Source: Ophelia neglecta (taxonomy: Eukaryota). From it: a DNA stretch of 64,000 nt. The notes below the pieces were generated by a model. That model saw only the letters and a program-made list of their open reading frames with translations, had not been told where the DNA came from and ran no database searches. Of the stretch, positions 1 to 14,655 are shown piece after piece (positions within the stretch are counted from its first letter, which is position 1; each line of letters starts with the position of its first letter). Location of the stretch: NCBI GenBank assembly GCA_965285935.1, contig OZ260661.1, positions 94,922,001 to 94,986,000 on the forward strand, in the 5' to 3' direction. A program made the position numbers and the translations under genes.

Positions 1-426
1 ATTCATCAAAGCTCATTATTTCTCTGCATGAATAATCAAATGTGTGAAACTTAGTAGAATAAATAGTAGAATAATTTGTAGAAAAATTAATAACAGAATA
101 GGGGTTTCTCTTTAACACAGGGTTTACAAGTATTTTACATTGATTAAAGTTATAAGCCTATACTTGGTCCAAAAGGCACTAAAAATTGATAGAAATGTTA
201 AGATCTGAAAAGAACTTGCATTTCTCTGCCTGAAGAAAACTCTAAACTACTTCGCAGTGCTTTTAACTTCTTTCTATCTTTTTACCGAAAAAAAAGAACG
301 ATAAAAGAAATGTCTTGAAAAATATTAATGAAGAAAATTTTTGCACACCTCAAACTATATTCGGACAGATAAGGTAGAAATTAATTAACCTATTTAACCT
401 AAAACCCACCTTGGAATAACTAAATA

Positions 427-627
427 TAGTGTAACCTGTGAATTAAACCACATGGGTGAGGTGGGGGGGGGGGGGGGGGGGGGCTGAAAAATACTGGTCT
501 TATTATGGCAGTGATGCTTTAAACAGATTTTTTTTACATAGAAAGAGTGCAGTATGGTCTTTTTATTAGTGGTCTGAATTGACAGGTGGTCTGAATATAG
601 CAATGACTTGAATAACTGGTATCACTG
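427..627. mobile_element. Degenerate TA-flanked Tc1/mariner-type MITE, same family as 53486-53658
   Basis: Ends are TA|TAGTGTAACCTGTGAATTAAACCAC ... GGTATCACTG|TA. Internal (CAG)GTGGTCT repeats are shared with the 53.5-kb copy. Confidence 0.65.
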
Positions 628-676
628 TAATAGGTAAGCATGGTAAGTGTGCAAATTTGTTCCTGACGCACCTCAC

Positions 677-855
677 CTTCGTTATTGAAGTATTACGGGA
701 AGGTTCTAGGAAGTAGATTTTGGCTGAGTCCAGTGATCCACCGGCAAATTCACCTTACTTCAATATAATTTCTTCTATGGTGGGTATTCCATATCAATAC
801 GCCCTCAGCAACTCTCGTTTACAGATGATTTGCATCATTTTAAAAGCTGCAAAAG
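677..855 (-). other. Possible non-coding 5'-UTR exon of a gene continuing left of the window
   Basis: Strong acceptor (TTTGTATTTTTTTCTTCTACAG) and donor (GAAG|GTGAGG). All three frames contain stops, and it holds short ATG-led uORFs. Confidence 0.35.
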
Positions 856-3398
856 CTGTAGAAGAAAAAAATACAAACAGGCTAAAACTAAATACGAAAA
901 GGCCATGGACAAGAAGAAACATTAACACTTTAACGCCAAATACTTGAAGCAGGCTCCGATACTAAAACCATTCAAGTTGTTGTTAACAATACATTTATAA
1001 AAACAAATCTCAGCCTTTTCCGGACCATGACTAAGCTCAGGCCCTCACCAAGAGATTTTCTTTTTTCTATAGAGAGAATGTCTGGCTGTAAGGCGCTTGT
1101 CTCCTTAATCCAACCTCAAACTGAAGTTGCCCCCAAGTCTAATTGAACTAGGCAAGGCATTTTACATTTACCTTCAAGTTGTATGAAAGACAGCCAATCA
1201 AACTAAAGTAGTATATAAATCCCCATAGTCATTGCGCTGGCTATGTCTTGACTGGCCTACTGCAATTCTCTTTTGAGCATTATTTCAAATAAAATTCATT
1301 GCCAGACTTCAGTGAACCCAGAACTAAGCAGCTCCGCTGGTGTTTTTTTCCAGTAGGAGAGACCACACCACCCCTTTTTTCTTTAGTTGCATTGGCTCCC
1401 TGTTGCTTTTCAGATCAAGGCTGCTCTTCTGACATTTGTTTGACATTTCACATAGAGTATATGGTATATTGCTCTTAATCTCAGGGTTAGAATTTAATTT
1501 CTAAATTTACATTCTAAATTACAAGCAATTTGATAAATATCAGAAGCAAGATTATACAAAGCTAAATATAAATTTAACAACACAGTTGATATTAGGCGTA
1601 TATAATATAATTTTTATTACCCACACAAAGTTACAGACATTATCAAAATATCTTAAAGACTGGCACATTTTCCTGAAATATGCATTCCTTTCAATGTAAT
1701 TTGAAGTTTTATGTATTGCACTTTTTCCCTAAAGCGCCTTTGAGTTCATTTACAAGGAAAGGAGGGCTGTATAAATGCCAATATTATTATCATTATTATT
1801 ATGTCCTATGTTTACAGTCAGCTTGCTTTCAAAAATTCTACCATATGTTAGACGACAAAAAACAGTCATAACCTTCCCTCGCAAAATGAGAAAAATTTCA
1901 AGTTCTGGAGAGAGAAAAAAAGCACTTCTTTGGGGTAAAATAACATACGAATAAATAATAAATAACAGTCAAACAATAGAAGGTGATTAAGAATTTCAAT
2001 TAAGCCAAAGGGTAGGGAGCTGGATTCAGGATGTGATGCCTAACAAACCATACCAGATAACACATCTGTAATTATTTTGCTGTGGCCACAATGTGATGAT
2101 TGCTAGCCACAATATGGGCAACCAGCTATATACAAGTAGTATATGAATACAATGTTAACAAGGGCAGTAGCCCAGTCTATTTTCACCAGAGGGGAAATCT
2201 TGAGAATGTGCAAGACTAGAAGAGTCCAAAGGACAAATGGTGGGATATCCAACAATTTACAAGCGACCCCTAAAAAGGGGGAAATCTTCAAAGATCAAAG
2301 GTAAATATTTTGGCAGAATCCTTGAAAAACAAACTCTTACGGGTGTTGCTAATTGTGAACTAATTCAATATTACCATTAGGAAAATTCATGCACATTCCC
2401 AAAGTACAGTAATAATTAAACATTTGGGTACTTTTTAACTTCTATATTTCTCTTCTTTCTCTATTGCACAAACACATGGTAAATGCTGATTCTCTTGAGA
2501 ACGATAAACCTATAAGAATCCTCATATCAAGATTTCATTAGGTTAACACTGAATTTTAGGAGTGAACATAATAGATGTGCTTTTATGTCATCATATTTAT
2601 GAAGCACAATGGAGCTGTGCATGCTCTACCGACATAATGCTTCTACAAAGAATGTGGCATCATGTTAAACCACATATCTTTGGTTTATCGACCTAGTGTT
2701 TACTTTGTATTGCATGTGAACATCAGGTTATAGATTTTCAAATGTTAGTCCATGAGCTTTCCCACAGATGTTATCACGAATGTGAGATCAAGACTGCAAA
2801 TTCAGTAAATAGGACTTGGTTTTACATGCCTAACTTGTTATAGATGATGTTCTAGATGATGCAAAGGCACAACTAATATACCGTATATGAAAGAATATAA
2901 ATTCAATTTTCCTGTAGCACCATGCCAAGTGTAAGTTTCTCCACCAAGAAATAGTGGTTAAAAATTTGATTGCACATTACATTTATAGCAGTATAATAAT
3001 TTAAATCTTTCACAAAACCTGACCAATTCTGAATATGTATCAACACATGGCCAATTTTTATGTATGAAATAGCATTAGCTTCAGTACAAAGTGAAACAAG
3101 CCATGTTCGGGCTAGTCTTATGAGTATTGGCCCATAGATTACCTGCATATTTATGAGTATAGATATGAACTGGAAGAGAAAGTTGGATAACATGCAATAT
3201 GACAGCTACTTGATGGATTTATAGCAAATATTGACAATGGCACATTCACATTTCCCAACTGCCAGTGGCTCACCAAACACATTGTAGGTTTAATACTTTT
3301 ACTAAATATTCTGAATTCAAACTTTGTAAGATCTGTGGGAATGTGAAAATTGTCTTATCTTTCAGCAACTTCTGACGCCTAGAGTCAAATATATAGAT

Positions 3399-6300
3399 TT
3401 AATGATTGAGGAGTGTAGACACTCTGATTTTGCCATCCATAGAACATGTCAGACACATTTTACAGTCTGTTGCTGACGACCAATCCACACACACCACCGG
3501 AGTCTTGTGTCCTCCAAGAGCTACTGTTCGTTTTAATCCAGTCTCCTTGTCCAACTGTCAGCACAAAAAGCCAAGTCAGTGAATTATATCAATTTCAAAA
3601 TGGCAAACACTCACATTTTTAAGCTATCAATTTCTAGTTTTTTGCCAAGGCGAGTTCAGTTAAATGATTCAAGCTTTAGATAGGATTAAACTTACAAATC
3701 TTACCTGATAAATCATACCTCCCGTTTGGTCACAGGAGAGAACATGCTTTCCTTCAGGGTCAAAAGCAAAGAGGTTGCCTTTAGGGGTTTGGACCTGTCT
3801 ATAGCCGGCAGCCCCGGTCAAGACAAAGGGTCCACAGGCTCCGCTGTGAATAGGCAGCTGAGCAAGAAGACGACCGGTCTTGTACAGGTTCCACTGCAAA
3901 AACTGCCACAAGAAAAGAAACAGAGAGAAATAAATATGCTTGCATTGTGGCACCTATGGTCAAAAGATTGTCATACATACCATCAATTATTATCAACATA
4001 CTAATGATAAAGGAAATATAATGTACCTTGCCATCACTACCCATGCTATAGCAGGAGGTCTCATCAGGACTGAACCGTAAGGAATAAACCTCTCCCTTGT
4101 GGGATGCCCAATTGGCAATACACTCACATTTCTGAATATCTGAAAGGTTATATATTTAAAATAAAAAGCAAACTTTAGATTTGCTTTAATTTTGATTGAT
4201 ATTTAGAAAATATATAGTTTAAACAGCATTTTGACATATTATGAAAATTAAGTTTTGTACATACCAAAGACCCTAATAGCTCCGTCTGCTGCTCCTGTCA
4301 ACAGGAGAGAGCCGTTGTGGTTGTATGCTGTGCAGTTGAGAGCTATAGGTCCCGGAGACAGGGACAGGCTTTTCTACAAGGGAAAAGAAAATCAAAATCT
4401 TTTTGTTTGTATATGATTGATTTTAAAATTTAAATACATCCATTAAAAAATTGGTGTTTTTTCATGATTGTTGGATTTTAAATAATGTGCTATAAAATAG
4501 AGCTATAAAATAGACCTATTCCAAATAGGTGTAGTAAGTGAAATATTATCTTAAAAGAAGTATTTGTCTGATTAGTATAATTGACATAAAATGCTGACCA
4601 ATTGAGCCATAGTTTTGAGGTCCCAGATGGTGAGTTTGCCCATCCTGGGTCCTGAGGGATCGGAGGGTCCTCCTGGTCTGATCTTTCCTGCTGCTGAACA
4701 CACGAAGGAAGCACCATTGGGACTGGACGACAACGAGATTATCCTGGAAGAATAGTTCAATTTCATAGGCAGCATTTTTGTCATTAGGCCTACCAGTAAT
4801 TAATACAGTAAAAGTTGGCAATGGGATAAGTCAGGGAGGGAATAGCACTTTCCTGTGCTCTATAGATAAGCTCTTTCTTAAAAGAGGTTTTTTCAGAACC
4901 TTCTTGTTTAACTACACATATCAAGATAGACAGCAGGGCAGAACTCTGTATCAAACCAGCACCTCGCCTCAGTGTTTCTTTGTAGTATGTACTTCATTTT
5001 AGCTATTCACATGCTCACAAACATTCACTATTGGTCCAGCCTGTTTGTTTTAACTGTTTTGACAGAGGTTGATGATTTGTTCATTGTACAAAAAATGTCC
5101 TTTATACAAATTTATGGCCTGACTTTATTCAAATTACTTTTGTGCCAAGGTAAGCAGTTTTTTTTATGTTCATAAGGATTTGGAGTTTTGGGGTTTAACA
5201 AGACATAAGCATCATGTGGGCTGTTTAGTGCATAAGGAGGGGTTGTCCTAACACAAAGTCAGCAATAATACTAGGGATATCCTTTTTATTACAATATGAA
5301 GTTCAAGGGACTGAGCCAAACTGTACAGAGTAGCTATATATACACTGTGAACCAGAGCTCATAATGCCAAAACAAAGCTTGTTTCTGTCACCATATGGGT
5401 TTCCACATCACAACAAAACAAAAATTATTCACCAACAATTACTGATAAAAATGTGCATGTTGATGGCCCAATTTTATATTTTCTTTGAGTGGAAACAAAC
5501 ACTTTTCTACTTGGCCTATGGCATGTTTCTATGTACTTATCAGTCTCACTACAGTTCCACACTCTTAACATTTTTTATATAGATGTATCTGATGAAGGGC
5601 AGGCAAGAGATTGTCCTCATCCCAAAGTTTTTTCTTTGGAGTTTTGCAATAATATGATTATGACCTCATTAACCAGAAATGTCTGCTACACAGAAGTCCG
5701 CTATTGTAAAACAACAATGCAATGACATCATTTGCATGCCCTAATAGCATTCTCATTCCAGTACACTATTGTATACAATTGCCAAATCTGGTAACATGTG
5801 GATATTTATAAGGTCAATTATTCTTTTTTTTCCTATTTTAGTAACTTACAATCACCTTTATTCAGTACAGATATTCAAATGTAAATCTATAAGTATGAAG
5901 TCTATGGAGCATTGAAAATGTTCAAATGGTGTTTGTTGAAGATATAATAATTTTTTGTATGATTAATATGTTTATTTTCTAGAAATGATTTCCTGAAACT
6001 CATGTCAATTTTAATATTTAACATAAATTATTGATCAACAAAAACTTACCTTGGATATGACACATCTGTATTCACTTCTTTCATGGTCTTCTTTTCTTTG
6101 ACATCAAACAATTTTATGCTTCCTGCCTTTGTTCCTAATAGTAACTGACATAAAATGTCCATTTTGATCAGTTCTCTCATGGTCAAAACCAACCACTAAA
6201 AATAAACAGAAAAGCACAAATCTCAAGAGTTTTACATTACATTTTGTCTCACCCATTTATCCGAGGTACAGACCCATTCCATTGAGAGGATCATAGACTT

Positions 6301-9300
6301 GGACATCGTAGTAGCCAGTGTCACTGGAGAGGGCTGCAATGTCCACACTCTGAAAAGAATGGTATTTTACTGAAATACAATCACATTAATGCTTTCTAGT
6401 AATTTTAACATATTTATGTCAAATAAAGTATGATTTAGACGCAGCCATAATCACAAAACTACTATCCAAAAATTCATAGCCCTGGGTCCATTTCTAATTT
6501 CCTATACGTTGGCTAGTAGTACCGGCAATATAAGGTCCCTAGCTACTATTTAGTCAACTAATATGCAAAATCAACTAAACTACTTAATGCCAAAAATGGC
6601 TGATTTGCTGCCAAATTTAAACCTACTTGACCACTCCATCCACATCTGCTGTGGCAACCATGTGACCACTGTTACTATAGCAGCAGTGGCTGATAGATGA
6701 ATGGTGCTCTCCATATTCCTCCTGTAATATAGATAATACAATAAATTATAAAACTTTAACTTACATGGACCATTAGCCACAAGGGACAGAAAATAAAAAT
6801 AATAAACAGTACCTAATAATTAATAGTAAATTAATTCCCAAGGGATACATAGCGGTCATATTTAAATGCTACTGAATGGTTTTTAGTTATATTCTTCAGC
6901 AGAATGTCATTTTTAGAGTACCTATTCATATGAATTTTATGTCTCTTACCTGACTTAGTAGCAGAAATGGGCTATCAGTGGTAGGGACTTGGGCTTGCAT
7001 CAGGGACTGATCATGAGTCAGTTGCTGCTGGCTTCCTGGGGCAGATTTCTGTTTTTGAACATCTGAGGAATCCTGTGTCTACAAAATGGTTGTATCAAAT
7101 GATTCTTCTTATACTAATTAAACAACTATTTTACAGTAGGTAATAATAAATTTAATCTATGTGTACATTTTTAAGGAAATTCAGTAAGACTTATTTAAAC
7201 CTATCATGAAGAACTTGTTATTTATTTGTGTTCAACTAAGGCAATTTGTTAGGTACACAAATCACTCAGTTATTGTGTAAGGAAGATACTGGTTCACATT
7301 TTTTACTTGACCAGTATATAAAGCAATAAGTAAGGGCCAGGTTCCACTATGTAAATAAAACTACATGCAATGTGCTATGCAAACACTGTTGAATAACATT
7401 TTAAGGACAAAACAACATGAGTTGTGCATTGTTTCAGAGTTTCATTTAAAAAAAATGGAATCATTTGCAAAAAGTTTATTTTCATTTCATAAAGGAAAAT
7501 GTCTACGTAGAAATACATGTGTACAACCAAAATCTAAAGTTGTGTGAAGTTTTGACTATCAAAATACTATAGAACAACTATAACATTTCTGGAGTGACCT
7601 AGAATATCACCTTCAAATTAAAATTTCCAATTTCCAATAGACCATAAATAGATAAGTATTCCTTATTTGCACTAATATAATACTAATATGCATGTACCGG
7701 GTAGTAAAATTGGTCACCTCATTTGAGCAACCCTTTTTTTGCCTTCATAACAGTTCTCAAATTATCAACCTTTCTTAAGCATTCAAATTAAACATATGGT
7801 TTTTAAATGTTGATGGGGTAATACCATTCAATCAAAACATATATTAACCCTTTTCCTCAAGCTTGCCTCTCCATTAGATTTATCCTATACACAACTTAAC
7901 TATTGCTGGAAATAACTTTTGAGACATCTAGTAAAGTTGTACATAAAAATAGCCAGAAGGGTTTTTCTAGCTAGATCTGAATGTTTGCGAAATTTTCCTA
8001 GCATGTATGGAAAGATTGGACATGCTTTGTTTGCTGAAAGTTTAAAGTGAAAAATAAGCAATAAAATAAATCTAAAGCGATCTGATGCAAATTTCACCAG
8101 GTGTAAATGCTACACTCGCTTATTAAAAGAGTGCCTTTCAACACTTGAATGCACACAACTGACCATCAAACAATCAGGAAGGGGGACCTAGAGGCCCACA
8201 AATCCCTAGACAGGTGATATCAAAATGATAAATAAAGGCCCAGTGTCTACAGGTGTACATAGTGAAATGTATAACATAATTCTCCACATCCACTCCTGTT
8301 ACCTGGCATTTCTGAATTCTTCGATTGGCTCTGAACTTTATACAATTGAAAACAGAAATTGACAATATTCAAGCATTCTGACTTTAACACAGACTGAGGT
8401 ACGGCGTAATACACTTAGAAGTTTTTCAATTCATTTCACATTTTTTTAAATGCATGCAAGATAAAAATCATATATATATATAGAGCTAGTTACCTCAATA
8501 CAAAAGTTCCGACAAAACACAATTACATGTACTACTAACTCATGTGGAAAACCTCTTTCAAATATGCCCAGTCAGAATAAAAAATCTAAATTGAGCTCAA
8601 AGTTTTCTACCTACATCTAAGTTTTGTTTTGTAGTATAAATTGTAGCTCTATGATTAGTACATGGCAAATATAATTTGACAACAACGGAACTATAACATG
8701 ACCTAACAAAATGAAAAATGATTCAATTTCCAATGCTTTAATTACCTTATGGAAACTAGTCATGCATCTTGGAATGCCTGACTGAAATGGAATCACAAAT
8801 ACCATAACTGTGCAAGATATAATTTGTGACTTTAGAACAATTCCTAAACAAGCTTGAATGCTGGCAACAGCCTACAGGTTCTAGGCCAATGTACCAAACC
8901 ATATCCCTGGCTCAAGCATAGTGTGACAGTCTTATCTGACATATACATGGACCACAAGCATTCAATATAAGAAGCTCACATAGACATATAGATTTAAACG
9001 ACATATTATGACATATGGGCTGGTACATCTCCAGTTGCCAGAATATCCTATGTATATGAAAATTGTGTATATATCTATCAGTACCACATTTGTTATTGTA
9101 GCAACATAGGAGATAATAAGACACTTTTATAAATACATGCTATTGAGAACCAAAAGATGTGAAAATGTAAAGCATATATATAGAAGAATCATAAAACCAT
9201 GAAAAATTCTTTAAAAAACTGAGAGTACTTTATATGTTTCATACCTTGATATCTTTCGTCCTGGACTCTGACTGAGTTCTAGGCTTCTCTGGTTGGTTCT

Positions 9301-12300
9301 CGCAGGATTGTGGGACTTGTGGTATTCCACTTGTCTGGCCATATGATACAACTGCACTGGAAACTATACTACTGCTCTCAATGGCTCTGGCTTTACCCAA
9401 TCTGGTGGCATGGGACTGTGATTCACGGGACTTGGATCTCAATACCACACTACTACTTGCTGCAGCTTCAGACCCAGAATTGTGGCTGGTTTCATCTCTT
9501 TTAACAAAGCTCTGGGCATTTGAAGTGCTAGCTTTTGGTGCTGAATTGGCCTGTGGTGATCTTTTACTGAGAATTGGAGAAGATGGTAGGCCAATGTTTT
9601 TGATGAAAGATTTGATTTGCTGGCTTTTTGGCATCTGCTGTGGCTGGTCAGGAATAGTTGAATCTCTGCAATGTTTTCAACTGCAAAATTAGCAAATATT
9701 TGGCACTCAAGCACCAATAGCTGCAACAGATTTAAACAAACATAAAGAGCAGAGGGACCTCTTTGAAATAAATCTAAACAATCAATGAGGTACAGATATG
9801 AAATTAATATTCTAAAAGAAAGCACTTATATTTGGGGACCCTTCAACAATTGATGGGAAAGCAATATATTAACGAATGGAAATGGAACATAACATAATGA
9901 GCAGAGTTTTGAAGCAGCATTGTAAAGCCTTCAATGGTCTCAATACTTCACTTACTGGGATATCACAAAGAAATCATCCATGAGATCCATAGAGCAAGGC
10001 CCGGGCACTGAGCTGAGATGCTCATTGGAGAGGGACAGTCCAGCCAGCGGGTCTTCCACATCTGGGGTTTTGGCTTGTTTTTCTATCAGTTGCTGTATCT
10101 GAAAAGCATGATAATGGATACAATAAACATGATATATGTCACAAGCTTCAACGTCAAGGCCATTCAGGCTGAAACAACAGTAAAATAACCTATGTTTTAC
10201 ATTTACATCCTTTTGCCGCTATACAAATTTACGCTTGTACCAAACCCACTCCACCCACCCCAGACCACCGTCCCTTCAAAATCATCTCCTCCACCTCACC
10301 AAACTCCTCTCTTGTATCTTCTGCTCCCCATCATCAACCTCATTCATGTTTTTTTCATATAAAACTTCATAACTGTTTTTGACACCCCCCAGCCCCAGAC
10401 ACAAAAGATTGCGCTCAGATAGTTTTGGCCCACATTCCCCATGAAACTTAAATCTAGAAAAGCCCTATATCTAAACACACAAAAGTAAATATTACTATCC
10501 AGCTAGTTATAACTAACCTGTTGGTGGTATCTAGAATTTTCTTCCCTCAGCTTGGCCATCTTTTTCTGGTCATCCTCAAATCGTATTAAGGATGGAGATG
10601 GTACAGAGGAGTTAAGGCTTGGTATCAGTCAAAAATAACTTGAAATCAAATATACATTAGACTACCTATAAGGAACATAAAAAGAAAGCACATAACTACA
10701 TACATATAGACTGGTAGGTTAAAGAGAAGTAGTATTCAATAGTTTAAAAAAAGGATATGAATGCTCTGAATGATGACACTGAGGAAGTTGTGCAATGATA
10801 GATAAAAGGTATCCTGCCATTGTTTAGTAAAATACATAGCAAATAGTGTCTGCTCCTCTGGATTCTTGATGAATGGCAGAACTGAAAGTAGAAAAAAAGA
10901 ACATAAATGTATGGCTTAATATATAAAAATTTATTTTAGGCAGTACCACAATGGATGCACCCACAAAAGGCATGTTTTGGTCCTTTACACCTTCTCTATT
11001 GCCTACCCTTTACCAGAATGTGCTCGGAATGCCTTGCTGTCAATTCTTAGCAGTTTAGAAAAAAACTAAAACACTTCTTCACAAATGTACTTAAAGATAT
11101 TCCAAGGCCCTCTTCTAAATGCAACTTCAAAATGAGCCCTGCCAAGCATCACCAATAGGGGCAATAATTTAGATGGCCTTACAGCCGTGCGTCCATTGTG
11201 ATACCCACTTAACATTATCAAAACAATATCTAAAACCTTAGTGTGACATTCATACTAACGAATAATGAATAAGAAGACAATAAAAATACAAATGAATGGT
11301 TTCATACAATCAAATTAAAAATAACTAATAACTAATAAGGGTCTCACTTACTGAACCATTCTTTCCAGTCTGGTTGACTTTGTAGTTCTGAAGCGTACTT
11401 TTCAAAAAATTCCGTCACTTTTTCTGCTCTGTTAGATTGAATTGCGTTGGTCAGGTACAGCTTCAATAAGTTTACCTCAAGTTTTCTCACACTGCTTGCA
11501 TACAGTTGCTCCAGACGACTGAATAATCGTCGATCAAGGAAACACCAAAACTCTCGAAGATTGTAGATGTCATAACTGGCAATGTATCCATGGAAGAGTT
11601 CCATTATCTTATCCACCTGAAAAGATGACAGAATTGATACTCAGTGAAGACATGAAAAGTTGAGGTCACTGATACATGCAATCAACCCCATTTTGAGAAG
11701 TTGAGGTCATATAATAATATGGCCTAGGATTTGTGCCCATCTCCCTGTTCCCCCTTCAATCTTGATTCCTTTCAATGACACTTTCAATGGTAGTTTTTAA
11801 GTGTAAAGCGAGTTGTCCTTAAACAATCTGAGGATTTACCTTTAATACATTTGGCATTAGGGTGAGTTGCCTATAAAGAAAACTACACACATTTATAAAT
11901 TTTAATCTTTTTGTCAAATGGTGCAATGACAGTCACAAGATTGATAAGGACCATGCAAATCAATCTTAATATAAATACTTCCAACCACTTTTCCTGCATT
12001 TTGTTCAAAGGTAAAAATGAAATCAAATCAAATACAGAGTAGATCTAGGTGCAATAATTAAATAGCAAGTAGTACTCACAGAACAATTTTGACTTATACT
12101 GTGAGTAGTTGGAAATGCTAAATTTCCATCACCAGTAGTATTATAACCCACAATTTCTTTGTAGGTGGTTCAAAAGGAAAAAAATCAATTGATGGTAGTT
12201 AAAATTTAAAAAAAAGTCAATAGCAGTGTATATTTACAAATTTAATTATAAAGCCATAATTGTCTGGTTATGGCCTGTACTTCTATTTGTGGGTTTGTGT

Positions 12301-14655
12301 GTAAGTGATTTTTAGGTGTGTGTTTAAGTGATTAATGTACAAGTAAGATGAAGAACACAAAGAAGAACACACATAGAACACAAAGTATACTTAGATAGTA
12401 CTGTTGTAAGCATATGAGTTAAAATATATGCAATAAAATATTTCAGGAAAGGGACCACCATGGGCCACGATATCGTGATATTATCTCGTTTAAATTCCCA
12501 AAATAACATGTCGAAGCCTCAAATGAGATAAAATAGCCTACTCTCGATTTAATATACAATGCTTAAACACTCCCCAATATTCAATGATAGTCCTATTCAG
12601 AATCTTAACATATAAACAGATAAATAAATTGGGATTAAGCACCCATAATGTGCAAGCTATCATACGAATATTTTGACCTTTTCCTTCGTCATTTTAATAC
12701 ACAACCCCTGATTGGTTCATAAACATGCATCATTTAATGGTCTGGCCACTGTGGAGACAACAAACCTGACATAGTTAGCGATCATCAAGTGGCCGTGTGC
12801 AAACACCACAGTTAAAGTTATCATAAGATAACCCACTCAAATTCTGACATCATTGAAACTGAAAGATATATACTTCAACTGGCACATAAAGCAACTGTAT
12901 TAAGTCCCCTCAATACTTACACTTGATTGACAATCAAGGAACAATGAAAGTCCGTGTTTTAATGTGTTTTTGCCCTGTCTTTTTGTGCCCTCAGTTTAAT
13001 AGAAGGTGTATAATTTTGTTTGTCCAGACTATATATAACTTACTAGTTTTTATATCTTGTAAGTTAGGCCTAATGATGTAGAAAATGATCACTGATACAC
13101 TAAAGAGACACTGATACTGGTGGATGTTTATTAAGTCCATTTGCTTACCACCTTGTGAAGCACTCATCAAGATGGATATGGATTATTAATAAGGAACATG
13201 TTCATTTTGTACTAATGATCTTGTACTAGTTACCTTCATATTAAATTTAGTTGTCCAAAGTCCATCAGAATATCCCTCCTAGTGCTAAGTATCAAAAGCA
13301 ATTTGGCCCCTTAGGCTTGCCCCTTCTAACTTTATTTAGACTCTGGTTTCCAGGTAGAGGACTGATAAAAGCTCTTCGTAGCTAAAACACAGTATTATTC
13401 AATTGCTCCACAAGATTTTCATTCATGCTTAAATATGAATGTGAGGAAAGTCTCACATAGAAACTGAATAATGCCACACAAAAGGAAAAGGCAGCAGTTT
13501 GCACTTTGCGAGGCAAATCAGTTCGCATTGCAAGTCTCATTTTTTTGTAAAAATTTCACCAAAATTTGCCATGGGAGATTTTTGATCTTACAAAATTTTG
13601 GCCAGGGGTGATCCCCCATGATATATATAAATCAATATCTCTATATAACTTATTTGTCCCTATCTAATTTTCTTGTCATAACTGTACCTCTAAATGTTGT
13701 AAGACCGAATTTAACTTCTTATTCTCTATTGCTGGGGGCAAACAAACAAATGAATAAATGGCAAGTAGTTTTTTTTTTATCAAAATTAATAATGTATATA
13801 ACATTTGGTTGAAAAATTATTTCTCAAGAGTTTGGGATTGCCTCTCCCATCTGTTTAAAATATACTGAATGCCCTTTTTTGCCCCTCTCCCCCAAAATTG
13901 GAAGGTATCATGGATGGTGTATACTGTACTTTTCCTGTAAAATAATGGCCACGCAATAATCTCTAACCTCTGAATTAATCAAATTCTATCAAAATCTGAT
14001 GTTGCTTAAGCAACAAAATTCAACCAGCATGCACACCTCCTATTTGAATACACAGGCAGTGTGGGACAAATTTATAAGGGACACGGCTATTTAACATAGA
14101 CCTGTGCTAAAACAGGTAATTTTCCTCACTTCCTTGAAAGATTTTTTAAAAACCAGAAAATACTAGAAAACACTCAAAATACTAGTATGTAAACATTATT
14201 TTCCCACACAATGGCATTTTCAACAATCCAACTTTCACCACTGGAATATCACTGCTTTGGAACCACATTAATGACTCTGATGCTGTGGTGACATCTACTG
14301 TAATTCAGCCAGGCTAGAGTAGGATATATGGCCATTTGTTAACAGTGATATATAAAGAGCTAGCTACAGTTTGCAGCACCAACGGCAACCATATTATACA
14401 CCCATTAGAGATCCAATTTGGAGCTAATAAAGAGCCTGAACCCTCGAAATATGCAACTTATGGGATATTTGATAATATGTTATTCCTTTATTCATAAAAT
14501 CATGAGTAAATAGCCGACCATTTCATATATCTTACCTGAAACCCGCGTTCTTTTTCAGTTCTAATGTCATTTTCAATCGCCTTCAGTGATGAAGTAAACC
14601 CCCTATACAGGAGATATTCCTTCACCATTTCATCAGTTCGAACTGTCAACGCCAT
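3399..14655 (-). CDS. WDR91: WD repeat-containing protein 91 (Rab7 effector, WDR81 partner); 15 coding exons, about 763 aa
   Basis: Exons in transcript order: 14655-14536, 11616-11352, 10881-10759, 10600-10518, 10098-9956, 9665-9245, 7078-6950, 6721-6627, 6349-6253, 6144-6050, 4743-4599, 4373-4265, 4139-4027, 3902-3705, 3554-3399 (TAA). Phases join into one frame. Peptides [99 protein letters not shown] and [12 protein letters not shown] match recalled vertebrate WDR91. Confidence 0.93.
10601..10758 (-). other. U12-type (minor spliceosome) AT-AC intron, WDR91 intron 3
   Basis: On the - strand the intron starts ATATCCTTTT and ends GCCTTAAC-TCCTCTGT-AC, giving a U12 5' site, a U12 branch point about 10 nt from the end, and an AC acceptor. 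Removing it keeps the frame (..[11 protein letters not shown]..). Confidence 0.92.

Noticed and set aside
5588-5630. Second CTGATGA plus hairpin, hammerhead-like
   Set aside because: No GAAA-like box follows the stem.
8303-8335. Possible extra WDR91 exon (28 nt, or 33 nt from an AAG acceptor) with a CAG|GTAAC donor
   Set aside because: The better acceptor gives a frame-breaking 28-nt exon. The flanking exons already join in phase 0 and the peptide shows no recognisable similarity.
9310-9692. + strand ORFs over WDR91 exon 6
   Set aside because: Antisense shadows of a low-complexity coding exon.
13070-13120. C/D-box snoRNA-like ATGATG...CTGA motifs
   Set aside because: Imperfect C box, too short, and no terminal stem.
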